From Woeseiaceae bacterium (lineage in GTDB: Bacteria; Pseudomonadota; Gammaproteobacteria; Steroidobacterales; Woeseiaceae): a stretch of 64,000 nt of DNA. The position numbers and the translations under genes were made by a program. The stretch covers positions 16,959 to 80,958 of the forward strand of contig JBFJOC010000003.1 of the NCBI GenBank assembly GCA_041617855.1, in the 5' to 3' direction. The notes beneath the pieces are model-generated. The model had not been told where the DNA came from and made no database searches. It worked only from the letters and a program-made list of their open reading frames with translations. Of this stretch, positions 40,155 through 48,471 are shown one piece after another. The stretch's first letter is position 1. Every line of letters begins with the position of its first letter.

Positions 40155-40778
40155 TCAATGTGATGTACCAAAAAGTCGATCGCCTGCATCTCCCAGTCCC
40201 GGAACGATGTACTTGTTGTCATCGAGACGATCGTCGATTGCCGCAGTGTAGATCTTCACATCCGGATGCAGTTTATCAACGGCCTGCACGCCTTCGGGGC
40301 ACGTCACGATGCAAATGCCGATGATGGTTGTCGCTCCACTCTTCTTCAAAAAATCGATCGTCGCATTCGTCGATCCGCCGGTCGCTAGCATCGGATCGAC
40401 GACAATGCAGGTACCGCCACGCACCTGCGGTGGAAGCCGTTGATAGTAAGTGATCGGCGCCTTGGTTTTTTCGTCGCGATATACGCCGACAAATCCGACA
40501 CGGGCTGTCGGCACCAATTCGAGAATGCCATCGAGCATGCCAATTCCTGCGCGCAGGATCGGAACCACGACGAGGTCAGTGTCGATTACGTGGCAAATCG
40601 CTTTTTCTAGCGGCGTTTGCACCGACACTTCTCGCACGCGTATCGTCTTGAGCGCCTCATAGCAAAGAAACTGCGTGATTTCGGTGGCCAGTTCGCGAAA
40701 TTTTTTGTGCCCGGTCTCGACATTGCGAATGATCGCGAGCTTGTGCTGTATGCAGGGATGCTCTATCAGTTCGTGCAC
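40155..40778 (-). CDS. upp: Uracil phosphoribosyltransferase
   Basis: 207-aa ORF with LRAGIGM, the PRPP-binding site VVDPMLATGGS and YIVPGLGDAGDRLFGT. Confidence 0.95.
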   Translation of the reverse strand: MHELIEHPCIQHKLAIIRNVETGHKKFRELATEITQFLCYEALKTIRVREVSVQTPLEKAICHVIDTDLVVVPILRAGIGMLDGILELVPTARVGFVGVYRDEKTKAPITYYQRLPPQVRGGTCIVVDPMLATGGSTNATIDFLKKSGATTIIGICIVTCPEGVQAVDKLHPDVKIYTAAIDDRLDDNKYIVPGLGDAGDRLFGTSH

Positions 40779-40807
40779 GAGTTCTTCTCCTGCTCTTCAG
40801 GCAGTCG

Positions 40808-41224
40808 TCAGTTTTTCCGGCGCCGCTCCGGTTCGATGCTATTCTCGGTACCCTGCCCGGGCGCAACGAACAGGAGCGTCGATGGCTCCGCCACCTTCGC
40901 AGTGTGCCATATGCCTTTGGGAACGATCAGGAACTCGCCGGGCTGCGACAGATGAAACGCCTCGTCTCTACGCGGCAGCGCCAGGATCATCTCAACCTTG
41001 CCCAACAACAGGCAGACGAATTCATCTCCGGCAGGATGAACTTCCCATGTGGGCCAGACCCCAATGAACGAATAACTGGAGATCAGGCTGCTGCCGGCAA
41101 AGTTGCCGTACTTGTCGTCGAGATCGGTCCAGAAAGTATCTGTGACCGCAACGGTTTCAGCCTCGAGGGCGTCGTTTACGACGACAAACGTCGTCTCGAT
41201 GTGCGTTTTTTCGGGCATGGGCAT
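40808..41224 (-). CDS. Cupin-domain protein
   Basis: 138-aa ORF with beta-barrel cupin-like motifs (EVHPAGDEFVCLLLG..; ..VPKGIWH). Confidence 0.65.
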   Translation of the reverse strand: MPMPEKTHIETTFVVVNDALEAETVAVTDTFWTDLDDKYGNFAGSSLISSYSFIGVWPTWEVHPAGDEFVCLLLGKVEMILALPRRDEAFHLSQPGEFLIVPKGIWHTAKVAEPSTLLFVAPGQGTENSIEPERRRKN

Positions 41225-41318
41225 GCTCGACCCCGTTTACTGGTTCACTCTATGCCACTCACAGCCTGTTTTCCATGCGCAACGGAAATCATCCGAATCT
41301 GCATCAGATCGAATCCGT

Positions 41319-41750
41319 TTAGCCCTCGGCGCCGTTCGGGTGCAGCGCGTGCCCGATTGCCTTGAGAAAGCCGTTCTTGTCGGCAGGCGAAATCATGATC
41401 TGGCGCCCATCACCGTAGCGGATCCGTAATCGATCCAGAGACAGAGCCGGCGACGACCATGGCTGCCTCGTCGCTTCGACCCGCTGGATCTGATCGATCG
41501 GAATGCGCCATCGCAAGGGTCCGGACACGACGATCAGCGTGCCGCGATGTACGGTGTAATGTGTCGCGACGAGCGTCGAGACGATCAAGGCGCCGACCAG
41601 CATCAGGACCGCAAAAAAGGCGAGGAGAGCGCCCGCCGGAAGTCCCTCGCCGACTGCCGCGAAGAACGCGATGAGCACGACCAAGAGGGCACCGATGAGT
41701 ATGCCGAGCAGCCAGGTATCAATCTTCGATCGGAAGCGTTTTCGAGCCAT
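41319..41750 (-). CDS. Bacterial PH (bPH_2/YdbS-like) domain membrane protein
   Basis: 143-aa ORF with two N-terminal TM helices, then ..YTVHRGTLIVVSGPLRWRIPIDQIQRVE..SLDRLRI. Confidence 0.65.
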   Translation of the reverse strand: MARKRFRSKIDTWLLGILIGALLVVLIAFFAAVGEGLPAGALLAFFAVLMLVGALIVSTLVATHYTVHRGTLIVVSGPLRWRIPIDQIQRVEATRQPWSSPALSLDRLRIRYGDGRQIMISPADKNGFLKAIGHALHPNGAEG

Positions 41751-41824
41751 CGTGCCTGCCCTAATCCGAAACTACAGTTCCTGGCTCTGGCCACGGCCGC
41801 TTGCCCTGTGCAGCGCGACGAGAG

Positions 41825-42313
41825 TCACTGGACCAGGTCACGAACCCAAACCCCGATCAGGTGCGACAACGCGACGACGAGAACCGCGATTCCGAGGTGT
41901 TCCGAGATGACCGCAATAGGCCGCTGTTGTTGTGTACGCGCAATGAAGACGCTCAATACGACAATTACCAGCATACCCCAGGCGACGGAAGTTATCACCG
42001 CGGGCAGGAGCGGTAGTAGCAGCAGCGGAACCGCGAAGCTGATCGCAAAAACGAACTTCGTGACAAAAGTCACGACGGTTGCAGACCAGATGTGGCTGTT
42101 CGTTGCGCTGGGATTTGCTTCCTCGGCAAGGTGAATACCCAGCGCATCGGACATCGCATCGGCAACCGCGATTACGCATATCCCGCCGAGCACCGCCGCC
42201 AGCGAGCGCGTACCCGAGTGAAGCCCCGTGATAAGCCCGATTGTCGTGATGACGCCGGACGTAGCGCCGAAATAAAGGCCGGTCCGTGCCCCATCGCCCC
42301 GCAGCCATTCCAT
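41825..42313 (-). CDS. VIT1/CCC1-like membrane protein (short form)
   Basis: 162-aa ORF: GATSGVITTIGLITGL..; AVADAMSDALGIH..; three C-terminal TM helices. It resembles the membrane half of VIT-family transporters. Confidence 0.55.
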   Translation of the reverse strand: MEWLRGDGARTGLYFGATSGVITTIGLITGLHSGTRSLAAVLGGICVIAVADAMSDALGIHLAEEANPSATNSHIWSATVVTFVTKFVFAISFAVPLLLLPLLPAVITSVAWGMLVIVVLSVFIARTQQQRPIAVISEHLGIAVLVVALSHLIGVWVRDLVQ

Positions 42314-42352
42314 CAGCCTAGCCTCTGTACCATCGTCGTCTCCGAGCCGAGG

Positions 42353-42745
42353 TCAATGCCAAAGTCCGAGGACTACCCCGTACAGCACGAATTGTCCGGT
42401 ATGATAGCCGCCGTCGATCAGCAGCGCGCTGATCGGCCGGTCCGCAAATTGGTAGTTAATTCCGAAGCACGCGGCGACGAAACAAAGTCCGACGATCAGG
42501 CCGTTATGGATCGCGAATACCAGCTCCGGCTCCGGACCCAACTGGTAGGCGAATGCCATGGCAGCGATCAGCGCGAATACGAAACTTACCCCGAAGACGC
42601 GCGCCGGGTGCGGCTGATCGTCGTCTTCGCTGCGGCCCATTGCCTCGTTCCAGGGCTTCAGAAACAGCATTGGCGAATACCACAGGCCCCCGAGCAGAAA
42701 GCTCGACACTGCGGCAGCAATTGCGGCAAGAATGTTGATCTCCAT
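42353..42745 (-). CDS. DUF1761-family membrane protein
   Basis: Internal ATG 42745 gives MEINILAAIAAAVSSFLLGGLWYSPMLFLKPW.., typical of DUF1761. Confidence 0.65.
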   Translation of the reverse strand: MEINILAAIAAAVSSFLLGGLWYSPMLFLKPWNEAMGRSEDDDQPHPARVFGVSFVFALIAAMAFAYQLGPEPELVFAIHNGLIVGLCFVAACFGINYQFADRPISALLIDGGYHTGQFVLYGVVLGLWH

Positions 42746-42844
42746 TTGTCGTCTCCTTCTCGTTGTTCTTGTCACGAAAGAAACGTCGGCGGCCGTATTC
42801 CTTCCAGCGGTCGGCCGTGCCGAACTGGCTTTCCAGTGTAGCGC

Positions 42845-43474
42845 TCAGCTGTCCTGGGGCAGATCGAAAAAGTCCACCGTCCCGGAGTTTAGCGAGTACT
42901 CTGCGCCGACGATCATCAGGTCTTCCATCGCGATCAGATTCGCGAGGATCGCCGGGTCACGGCGCAGGTAATTGACCGACGTCCTAATGTTCTTGCGAAC
43001 GGCGGCAGCAATTAGCGCGTCGGCGTCGTACGCAACATCGGACTGTAGCAAGGCCTCGACAGACGGGCGGATGAAGTCGACGATGGCCTGCAGGTTCTTT
43101 GATCGGCTCTCGGTGGGCTGCCGCAGCTCGTTCAGCGTCGCCTGAATGGCACCACAGTTAGTATGGCCGAGGACTACGACCAGGCGAGTGCCAAATGTGC
43201 TTGCGGCGAATTCGACGCTGCCTATCTGGGACGGCGCGACGATGTTGCCGGCGACGCGAATAACGAAAAGGTCACCCAGACCCTGGTCGAATACGATCTC
43301 TGCGGGAACCCGGGAGTCCGAGCAGCCGAGGATTATTGCGAACGGCTGCTGCGCATCGGCCAACGCGGCGCGCCGTGCCGGGTCTATGCCGTCGCGATCG
43401 GCCATGGCCTGGCCGGCGGCGAACCGCAGATTGCCCGTGCGCAGCCTATCGAGCGCTTCGGCCGCAGAAATCAT
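42845..43474 (-). CDS. Beta-class carbonic anhydrase
   Basis: 209-aa ORF with CSDSRVP, FVIRVAGN and GHTNCGA zinc-ligand motifs. Confidence 0.9.
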   Translation of the reverse strand: MISAAEALDRLRTGNLRFAAGQAMADRDGIDPARRAALADAQQPFAIILGCSDSRVPAEIVFDQGLGDLFVIRVAGNIVAPSQIGSVEFAASTFGTRLVVVLGHTNCGAIQATLNELRQPTESRSKNLQAIVDFIRPSVEALLQSDVAYDADALIAAAVRKNIRTSVNYLRRDPAILANLIAMEDLMIVGAEYSLNSGTVDFFDLPQDS

Positions 43475-44018
43475 CGTTTACCGAACCTCCCGTACGTTCG
43501 CGCGGGTGGCGTCTTGCCGTCGTCTTGCCGGATCGCGGGCCGCGGTTTCGTACATTTGTCAATTCTCGGATCGCGCGCGGCTGTTTCAAGTGCTCCTGAC
43601 AGCCTCTGCGATCCGCCGCTTCGATGCAGTCCCGAAACTCCGGCGTGAAATCCTCGAGTTTGTCGATCCGAAATTCGTGCAATACGTTGCACCGAGAATT
43701 TTTCGTGTCCCGCGTAACGAACGGCGCGGGCCGATGTCTCGCGAGCACGAAGTGCCCGCGCAGGTAGTGCTTTCGTGGCGTGGCGGCCGCGAATCGCATC
43801 CGGGCCCGAAACGCAATTCGGGTCGTCTGTGGAATCAACCTGACCGCGCCGAGAGCTCGGACGAGTCCGCTGAATCTTTCGAACAGCTCGCGCGCCGAAT
43901 CGCTGCAACCCTCGAGCGGATCCTCCAGCTCGAATTTCCCGCAGGATTGCCGCTGATTCTCGGTACTGAAACGCTCGCCGCACTGCGGACGCCGCCATAA
44001 CGGTTTGCGCGCGACCAT
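43446..44018 (-). CDS. DUF5655-like protein
   Basis: Internal ATG 44018. The pattern ..CGERF....Q..SCGKF.L....; VRLIPQTTRIAFRARMRFAAATPRKHYLRGHFVLARH matches my recollection of DUF5655. The Arg-rich last roughly 45 aa overlap the carbonic anhydrase start by 29 nt. Confidence 0.55.
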   Translation of the reverse strand: MVARKPLWRRPQCGERFSTENQRQSCGKFELEDPLEGCSDSARELFERFSGLVRALGAVRLIPQTTRIAFRARMRFAAATPRKHYLRGHFVLARHRPAPFVTRDTKNSRCNVLHEFRIDKLEDFTPEFRDCIEAADRRGCQEHLKQPRAIRELTNVRNRGPRSGKTTARRHPRERTGGSVNDDFCGRSAR

Positions 44019-44020
44019 GG

Positions 44021-44545
44021 CTATCGACCGTTCGAAGCCGTACAGTTTGCAGCCGATGTTGTCGCGTTGCACATGTCTGCGATCACGATCCGGTGCTTTC
44101 GATCCCGCTCAAAATCGGGATCAGGAATCGTCCGAATCCGCTGAATTGCGGCGCGATAGGCACCGGGAAAGCGGTGCCGCGCGGCGCCGAGAAGCACGAG
44201 GTCCCGATACCAGTCGTAGGGCAACAGCGCATCGTCGATGTGGCAGGCCGTTGCGAAATACGTCTGGCATACGCCGAAGCCGGGCACGGTCAATTCACCC
44301 CGTTCGTAACCCGGGCCTTCGATTCCGTCGAGAGCTTCAAAGGCGCGCGCAGTCAGTTCATATACGGCGACGTGGATGTGCCCGTCCGCCCTGATGATAT
44401 TGCACTTGGCAGAAACGTCGAAACCGCGTTTGTGAAACTGCAGCTCCCAGCCGGCAACGCTCGCAGTGCCCGCGAATCGCGGAGACGTAAGGCGTGCACC
44501 TAAACGCGTGGGATGCAAATTGGAACCGTAGGCTGCGTACAGCAT
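44021..44545 (-). CDS. Gamma-glutamylcyclotransferase-like (AIG2/GGCT fold) protein
   Basis: 174-aa ORF starting MLYAAYGSNLHPTRL, the YGSN(L/M) signature of the GGCT-like fold. Confidence 0.7.
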   Translation of the reverse strand: MLYAAYGSNLHPTRLGARLTSPRFAGTASVAGWELQFHKRGFDVSAKCNIIRADGHIHVAVYELTARAFEALDGIEGPGYERGELTVPGFGVCQTYFATACHIDDALLPYDWYRDLVLLGAARHRFPGAYRAAIQRIRTIPDPDFERDRKHRIVIADMCNATTSAANCTASNGR

Positions 44546-44626
44546 GATCGTCCCGGAATCGCGGTAGATGATCGCATTTTATCAGCATCCTTTGCCGGAC
44601 CCGGGAGCAATCGTCGCAGTACCCAT

Positions 44627-45241
44627 TCAGTCGATAGCGTATTCGAGAAAGGAATCGAGACCGTCCACGGTCGGGCCGACGGGCTCGAACTGCCAGCCGA
44701 GGCGCTCACAGGCTTCGCGGTCCCAGACGCCGTCGCCAAAATACCGAACCCTCGAGAATTCCCCGTCGAGCAGTCCGAGCGCATGGCGCATGATCCCGGG
44801 TCGGTCGACCGCGTCGTCGGAACTGGCCAATGGCACGCCGGCGATATCGAAGCCCGCTGACGCCATTTTGAGTTCGGCGCTCGCTCGCCAGCCGCCGGTT
44901 GCGACGGCCAGAGAATACTCGTCGGAGGCCATCAGCGACGCGAACAACTGCCGGGCGCCATCAACTTCGGCGAAAGGCCCGTACGCCGCGATGTGTACGG
45001 TCAGGCGGTGGACAAAGTCCTGCTGGACCGCAGCGATCAGCGCTGAATCGGCCCGGATCTGATTGTCATCTATGACCTGCAGGAGAATCCCGGAATCCGT
45101 CACAAATTCGTAGTCGCTCGGCGCGTCTCGAAACCGAACGGGGCCAAGGACGGCAGTTACGGACTCACGGTAAATCGCCTCGTCAACCTCCGACGATTGA
45201 AGCAGCGTTCCATCAATGTCGAAAATGACGGCCTGCATCAC
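44627..45241 (-). CDS. HAD-superfamily hydrolase
   Basis: 204-aa ORF with the DxDGT motif (VIFDIDGTLL) and C-terminal GDGVWD. Confidence 0.8.
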   Translation of the reverse strand: MMQAVIFDIDGTLLQSSEVDEAIYRESVTAVLGPVRFRDAPSDYEFVTDSGILLQVIDDNQIRADSALIAAVQQDFVHRLTVHIAAYGPFAEVDGARQLFASLMASDEYSLAVATGGWRASAELKMASAGFDIAGVPLASSDDAVDRPGIMRHALGLLDGEFSRVRYFGDGVWDREACERLGWQFEPVGPTVDGLDSFLEYAID

Positions 45242-45673
45242 TCAGCGCTTCGCAGCGGTCGACTGCTCGACATTGTCGCGTCGTCGGGAAGGGCGGGGCG
45301 GTACCCAGGTCCAGGTCGCAGCGACCAGCGCTCCGAATGCCGTGTACAGGACAACGAACACCCAAGCCGGGGCGCGCCAGTAAAGTATGTTTTCGACCCA
45401 ATGCGCTATGAATGCGCCCGAATACGTTGCGTCGCCGGCCCGCTGGCGCAGCCACATCTCGACGCTCGTCAGCGGGCACACGACGCCGAGCCAGGCCTGC
45501 AGCGTAACGATAATAATTGCAAGCAGGTGCAGCCATCGAAACGGGCGATTACGGACCCAGGACCAGTGCGCGCAGCTGCCGGCGATGATCAGTAGCAGGC
45601 CGAAAACGACAAACAGCACAAAGAGCGCGTGAATCACGAGTACGGCGTCGGCAGCGATAAGATACAGCTTCAA
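45242..45673 (-). CDS. DUF2784-family membrane protein
   Basis: 143-aa ORF: MKLYLIAADAVLVIHALFVLFVVFG...CPLT..E..LR, typical of DUF2784. It abuts the HAD gene with no gap. Confidence 0.6.
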   Translation of the reverse strand: MKLYLIAADAVLVIHALFVLFVVFGLLLIIAGSCAHWSWVRNRPFRWLHLLAIIIVTLQAWLGVVCPLTSVEMWLRQRAGDATYSGAFIAHWVENILYWRAPAWVFVVLYTAFGALVAATWTWVPPRPSRRRDNVEQSTAAKR

Positions 45674-45876
45674 GGATCCCGCCTGGAAGAACGATTCGCG
45701 TCCCGAGTGACGCTAGCTGTGACAGCGGACGACCTGCTCTGCTTCCGCTGACACGGCAGGCGAACACGTCGCCTGGTGCGGCAACCTTCGGACGTCATCA
45801 TTGATCGCAATTTCGTACGCAACACGCTTCGCTACATCGCGTGAGCCTAATAGCTGCCCCGATTCTCGTCAGACTC

Positions 45877-46149
45877 TCAGTCATCGGTACGATCCTGAAT
45901 CAGCTTCGCAAGGAGGAACCAGCCGACGAGTCCGACGATCGGCAGGACGTATCGCTGCCAGCGGGATTCGAGATAGGCAGCTTTCGGATGCGACTCCATC
46001 AGATCGCATCGGAACGAGTCATAGTCGATACTGCCGCCGCTGTCGAGACATCGATCGATATGCATCTGGTCCAGTAAGTAAATCGACAGAACGCTCACCG
46101 CGACGGCGATGATGCCGATCTTCAAAACCATGGACGACGTCAGTTTCAC
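45877..46149 (-). CDS. Hypothetical small membrane protein
   Basis: 90-aa ORF with an N-terminal and a C-terminal TM helix flanking a Cys-containing loop. No family recognised. Confidence 0.45.
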   Translation of the reverse strand: MKLTSSMVLKIGIIAVAVSVLSIYLLDQMHIDRCLDSGGSIDYDSFRCDLMESHPKAAYLESRWQRYVLPIVGLVGWFLLAKLIQDRTDD

Positions 46150-46160
46150 TGGCGGCTCGG

Positions 46161-46601
46161 CTATTCTCCGATATCCTCCTGCCAGAGCGCGGCATTTGCC
46201 TCAACGAATGCCTGCATCAAAGCCAGACACCGTCGATCATCAACGACGTCGACGCGTACGCCGCGCTGCCGCAGATAATCTTCTGGTCCCTGATATGTTC
46301 GGTTTTCGCCAACGACAACTCTGGGAATCCCGTACAGCAGGATTGCGCCGCTGCACATGTCGCAGGGCGACAGCGTCGAGTAAAGCGTAGCGCGCCTGTA
46401 GAGCGACGCTTCCTGCCGCCCCGCCCGCTCGAGACAGTCTATTTCTGCATGCAGAATTGCACTGCCCTGCTGCACGCGTCGATTGTGGCCGCGGCCCACG
46501 ATTTTGCCATCGATGACGAGCACCGAACCGATCGGGATGCCGCCCTCGGCAAGTCCGATCTTTGCCTCGTCGACCGCGGCGTCGAGAAAGGGATCGCTCA
46601 T
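46161..46601 (-). CDS. CDA-fold nucleoside/cytosine deaminase
   Basis: 146-aa ORF with zinc motifs HAEIDCL and SPCDMCSGA. The overall pattern resembles yeast-type cytosine deaminase or guanine deaminase. Confidence 0.85.
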   Translation of the reverse strand: MSDPFLDAAVDEAKIGLAEGGIPIGSVLVIDGKIVGRGHNRRVQQGSAILHAEIDCLERAGRQEASLYRRATLYSTLSPCDMCSGAILLYGIPRVVVGENRTYQGPEDYLRQRGVRVDVVDDRRCLALMQAFVEANAALWQEDIGE

Positions 46602-46604
46602 CGG

Positions 46605-46835
46605 TCAAGCCTGCCGGGCAGATGCAGCGCGCTGTATCACGTGCACGATGAGCGGTGTGGCGCAAAGTGCGCCAGTGATAATCAGGACAATCGCGAGCTC
46701 GCGTACGTACCGCAGGCCTGCGAGCATTCCGTCGCCGCTGGCAACGAGACCAAATATCCCGAGCGCAATCAACAGCATACCGAACGCGTCGAGCAATATT
46801 ATCCAGACCGGGATGCGGTCTGTTTTTCGAGCCAT
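46605..46835 (-). CDS. Hypothetical small membrane protein (2-3 TM)
   Basis: 76-aa hydrophobic ORF tightly packed between the deaminase and VOC genes. Confidence 0.5.
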   Translation of the reverse strand: MARKTDRIPVWIILLDAFGMLLIALGIFGLVASGDGMLAGLRYVRELAIVLIITGALCATPLIVHVIQRAASARQA

Positions 46836-46847
46836 CCCGTCACTCCG

Positions 46848-47261
46848 TCAACGATTCGTGAATCCGGTAAATGCTGTCGCCCGACTAACGAAACAGAGCG
46901 GGTTGCCAAACGGATCCGACGCATAAAACGACAGCTCACCCCACGGGCGTTCCGAGACACTTCCAAGCGGCCCGACGTCGGGGAAATCTTCATCGGAAAA
47001 CCGCGCACCCGCCTTGCGCGCGCGCTCGTAGACCGCCTCGACATCGTCCACGGCAAGATACAGCGGTTCCGGCAGCGGTCTTGCCTCGTAACCGTCACCG
47101 TCTGCCGTCGGATCGAAACATGCAAGCACGACACCTTCGCAGTCGAAATAGTGCCGTCCAGGCGACACACGTTGGCCCGCTGCACCGAGAACGTCTTCGT
47201 AGAACTTCATGGCCTGGTCGATATCGCCGACCGGTACGATGACTCGAAAAATTTGCGCCAT
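46848..47261 (-). CDS. VOC (glyoxalase) family protein
   Basis: Internal ATG 47261 gives MAQIFRVIVPVGDIDQAMKFYEDVLG...WGELSFYASDPFGNPLCFV. Confidence 0.75.
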   Translation of the reverse strand: MAQIFRVIVPVGDIDQAMKFYEDVLGAAGQRVSPGRHYFDCEGVVLACFDPTADGDGYEARPLPEPLYLAVDDVEAVYERARKAGARFSDEDFPDVGPLGSVSERPWGELSFYASDPFGNPLCFVSRATAFTGFTNR

Positions 47262-47405
47262 TTCCTGTCCAGAATTCACGCCGACGCCGAAAAATATCCC
47301 CGGATGTCCTCGCTGGTCGCGTCCTCGGCAGCGTGCGTCGCGATCGTGCCTCGCCCTCATTCTCGGCCGGCCGTGACGGCCGGGTCAAGGCACCAGGCTT
47401 CTGGT

Positions 47406-47717
47406 CTAGAAGCGCCCACCCACGCCGAGCTGCCCGACGGCAGCCAAAGCGAACGCTACGGTGACGACGCCGGCCAGCCCGACGATGGCCGACGTTACAA
47501 ACGACCTGGCGAACCGCCAGCCGCGATACCAGAGAACAAAGGAGCTTGCGGCAAAAATCAGCGACCACAAGACCCACGGAAACAGCCAGACGATGTCCTT
47601 TTCGCCGCCGCCGAGGTCGATAATGCCATAAGCGAACAAGTGCAGCAGAAGCGGCGACAGCGCCAGAGGGAGTAGCGCTACGGCTACGCGGAGGATGTTC
47701 GCCAAAACGCGGCGCAT
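47406..47717 (-). CDS. Hypothetical membrane protein (3 TM)
   Basis: 103-aa hydrophobic ORF. No family recognised. Confidence 0.5.
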   Translation of the reverse strand: MRRVLANILRVAVALLPLALSPLLLHLFAYGIIDLGGGEKDIVWLFPWVLWSLIFAASSFVLWYRGWRFARSFVTSAIVGLAGVVTVAFALAAVGQLGVGGRF

Positions 47718-47769
47718 TGGTCAGGGCAAACGGCAGCCGGCCAGGTTGATCAGCGGGGGCACGCCGCGG

Positions 47770-48432
47770 TCAGCCCGGCTGCCCGTCGGCGCAGCGGGGA
47801 TCGTCGGCCTGAATCTTCGCGATAGCGTCGCGCGTTATCGGGATGGGGTCGCAGCCGTGGTCGCGCTCGCAGATCAGGTCATACTTCGGTTCCGCTTTGA
47901 TGTGACAGCCGAAGCAGTTGCCGCCGAAGCGGTTTACGACGTCGACAAAGCCGCGGTTGCGAATACTGCTGCCCTCGGCCGATACGTCCAGCTCGAAGAA
48001 CTCCCAGTCGCGAGTTGCCGGGTTCCAGCCGGGCCGGTGCTTGACCATGACCTCGGTGGGCACGAGCTGCACGACCGACCCGGGCGGATAGGTCCCGCCG
48101 TCAGTCGATTTCGCAATGGCAACGGTTGCATCCAGATCGCCCAGCACGTTATCGACAAAGAAATGCCGCACTGCCGTCATTCCTTGTAGACACTTGAAAT
48201 CGCTGGCGTCGATAGCGAGTTCCTGCAAACTCGCCGCCGACGGCCGCTCGACCCCGGCGCTCGCCGCGGCGGCCACGCGGTCCATCTCGGACTCGGGGAC
48301 TTTTTCGGCGCAGGCGGCAAATGCGAGAGACAGCCAGGCGACCAGCGCTTTTCGCAGACCGCTGCTGTTGATTTTTCCCCGGCCTCGCAAGAACTGAACG
48401 ACGAGACCGTCGACCTGCTCACCACTTGCCAT
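47770..48432 (-). CDS. Putative lipoprotein with a single CXXCH heme-c motif (cytochrome P460-like?)
   Basis: 220-aa ORF with a signal or lipobox-like region (LVAWLSLAFAAC). It has NCFGCH near the C-terminus, preceded by ..ATRDWEFFEL... This arrangement is reminiscent of the cytochrome P460 family. The start codon is uncertain because the leader before the h-region is long. Confidence 0.55.
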   Translation of the reverse strand: MASGEQVDGLVVQFLRGRGKINSSGLRKALVAWLSLAFAACAEKVPESEMDRVAAAASAGVERPSAASLQELAIDASDFKCLQGMTAVRHFFVDNVLGDLDATVAIAKSTDGGTYPPGSVVQLVPTEVMVKHRPGWNPATRDWEFFELDVSAEGSSIRNRGFVDVVNRFGGNCFGCHIKAEPKYDLICERDHGCDPIPITRDAIAKIQADDPRCADGQPG

Positions 48433-48471
48433 TCGGATGCCCCCGTAACCGTTACGCCATGGCGGGGTTCT

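Noticed and set aside
47367-47383. CCGGCCG-TGA-CGGCCGG hairpin
   Set aside because: It is a 7-bp GC stem with a 3-nt loop and no U-tract. Such palindromes are frequent in GC-rich DNA, so I do not call it a terminator.
46449-47675. 408-aa plus-strand ORF
   Set aside because: It runs antisense across four compact minus-strand genes (deaminase, small membrane protein, VOC, membrane protein), each of which has recognisable features. Its composition is not protein-like.
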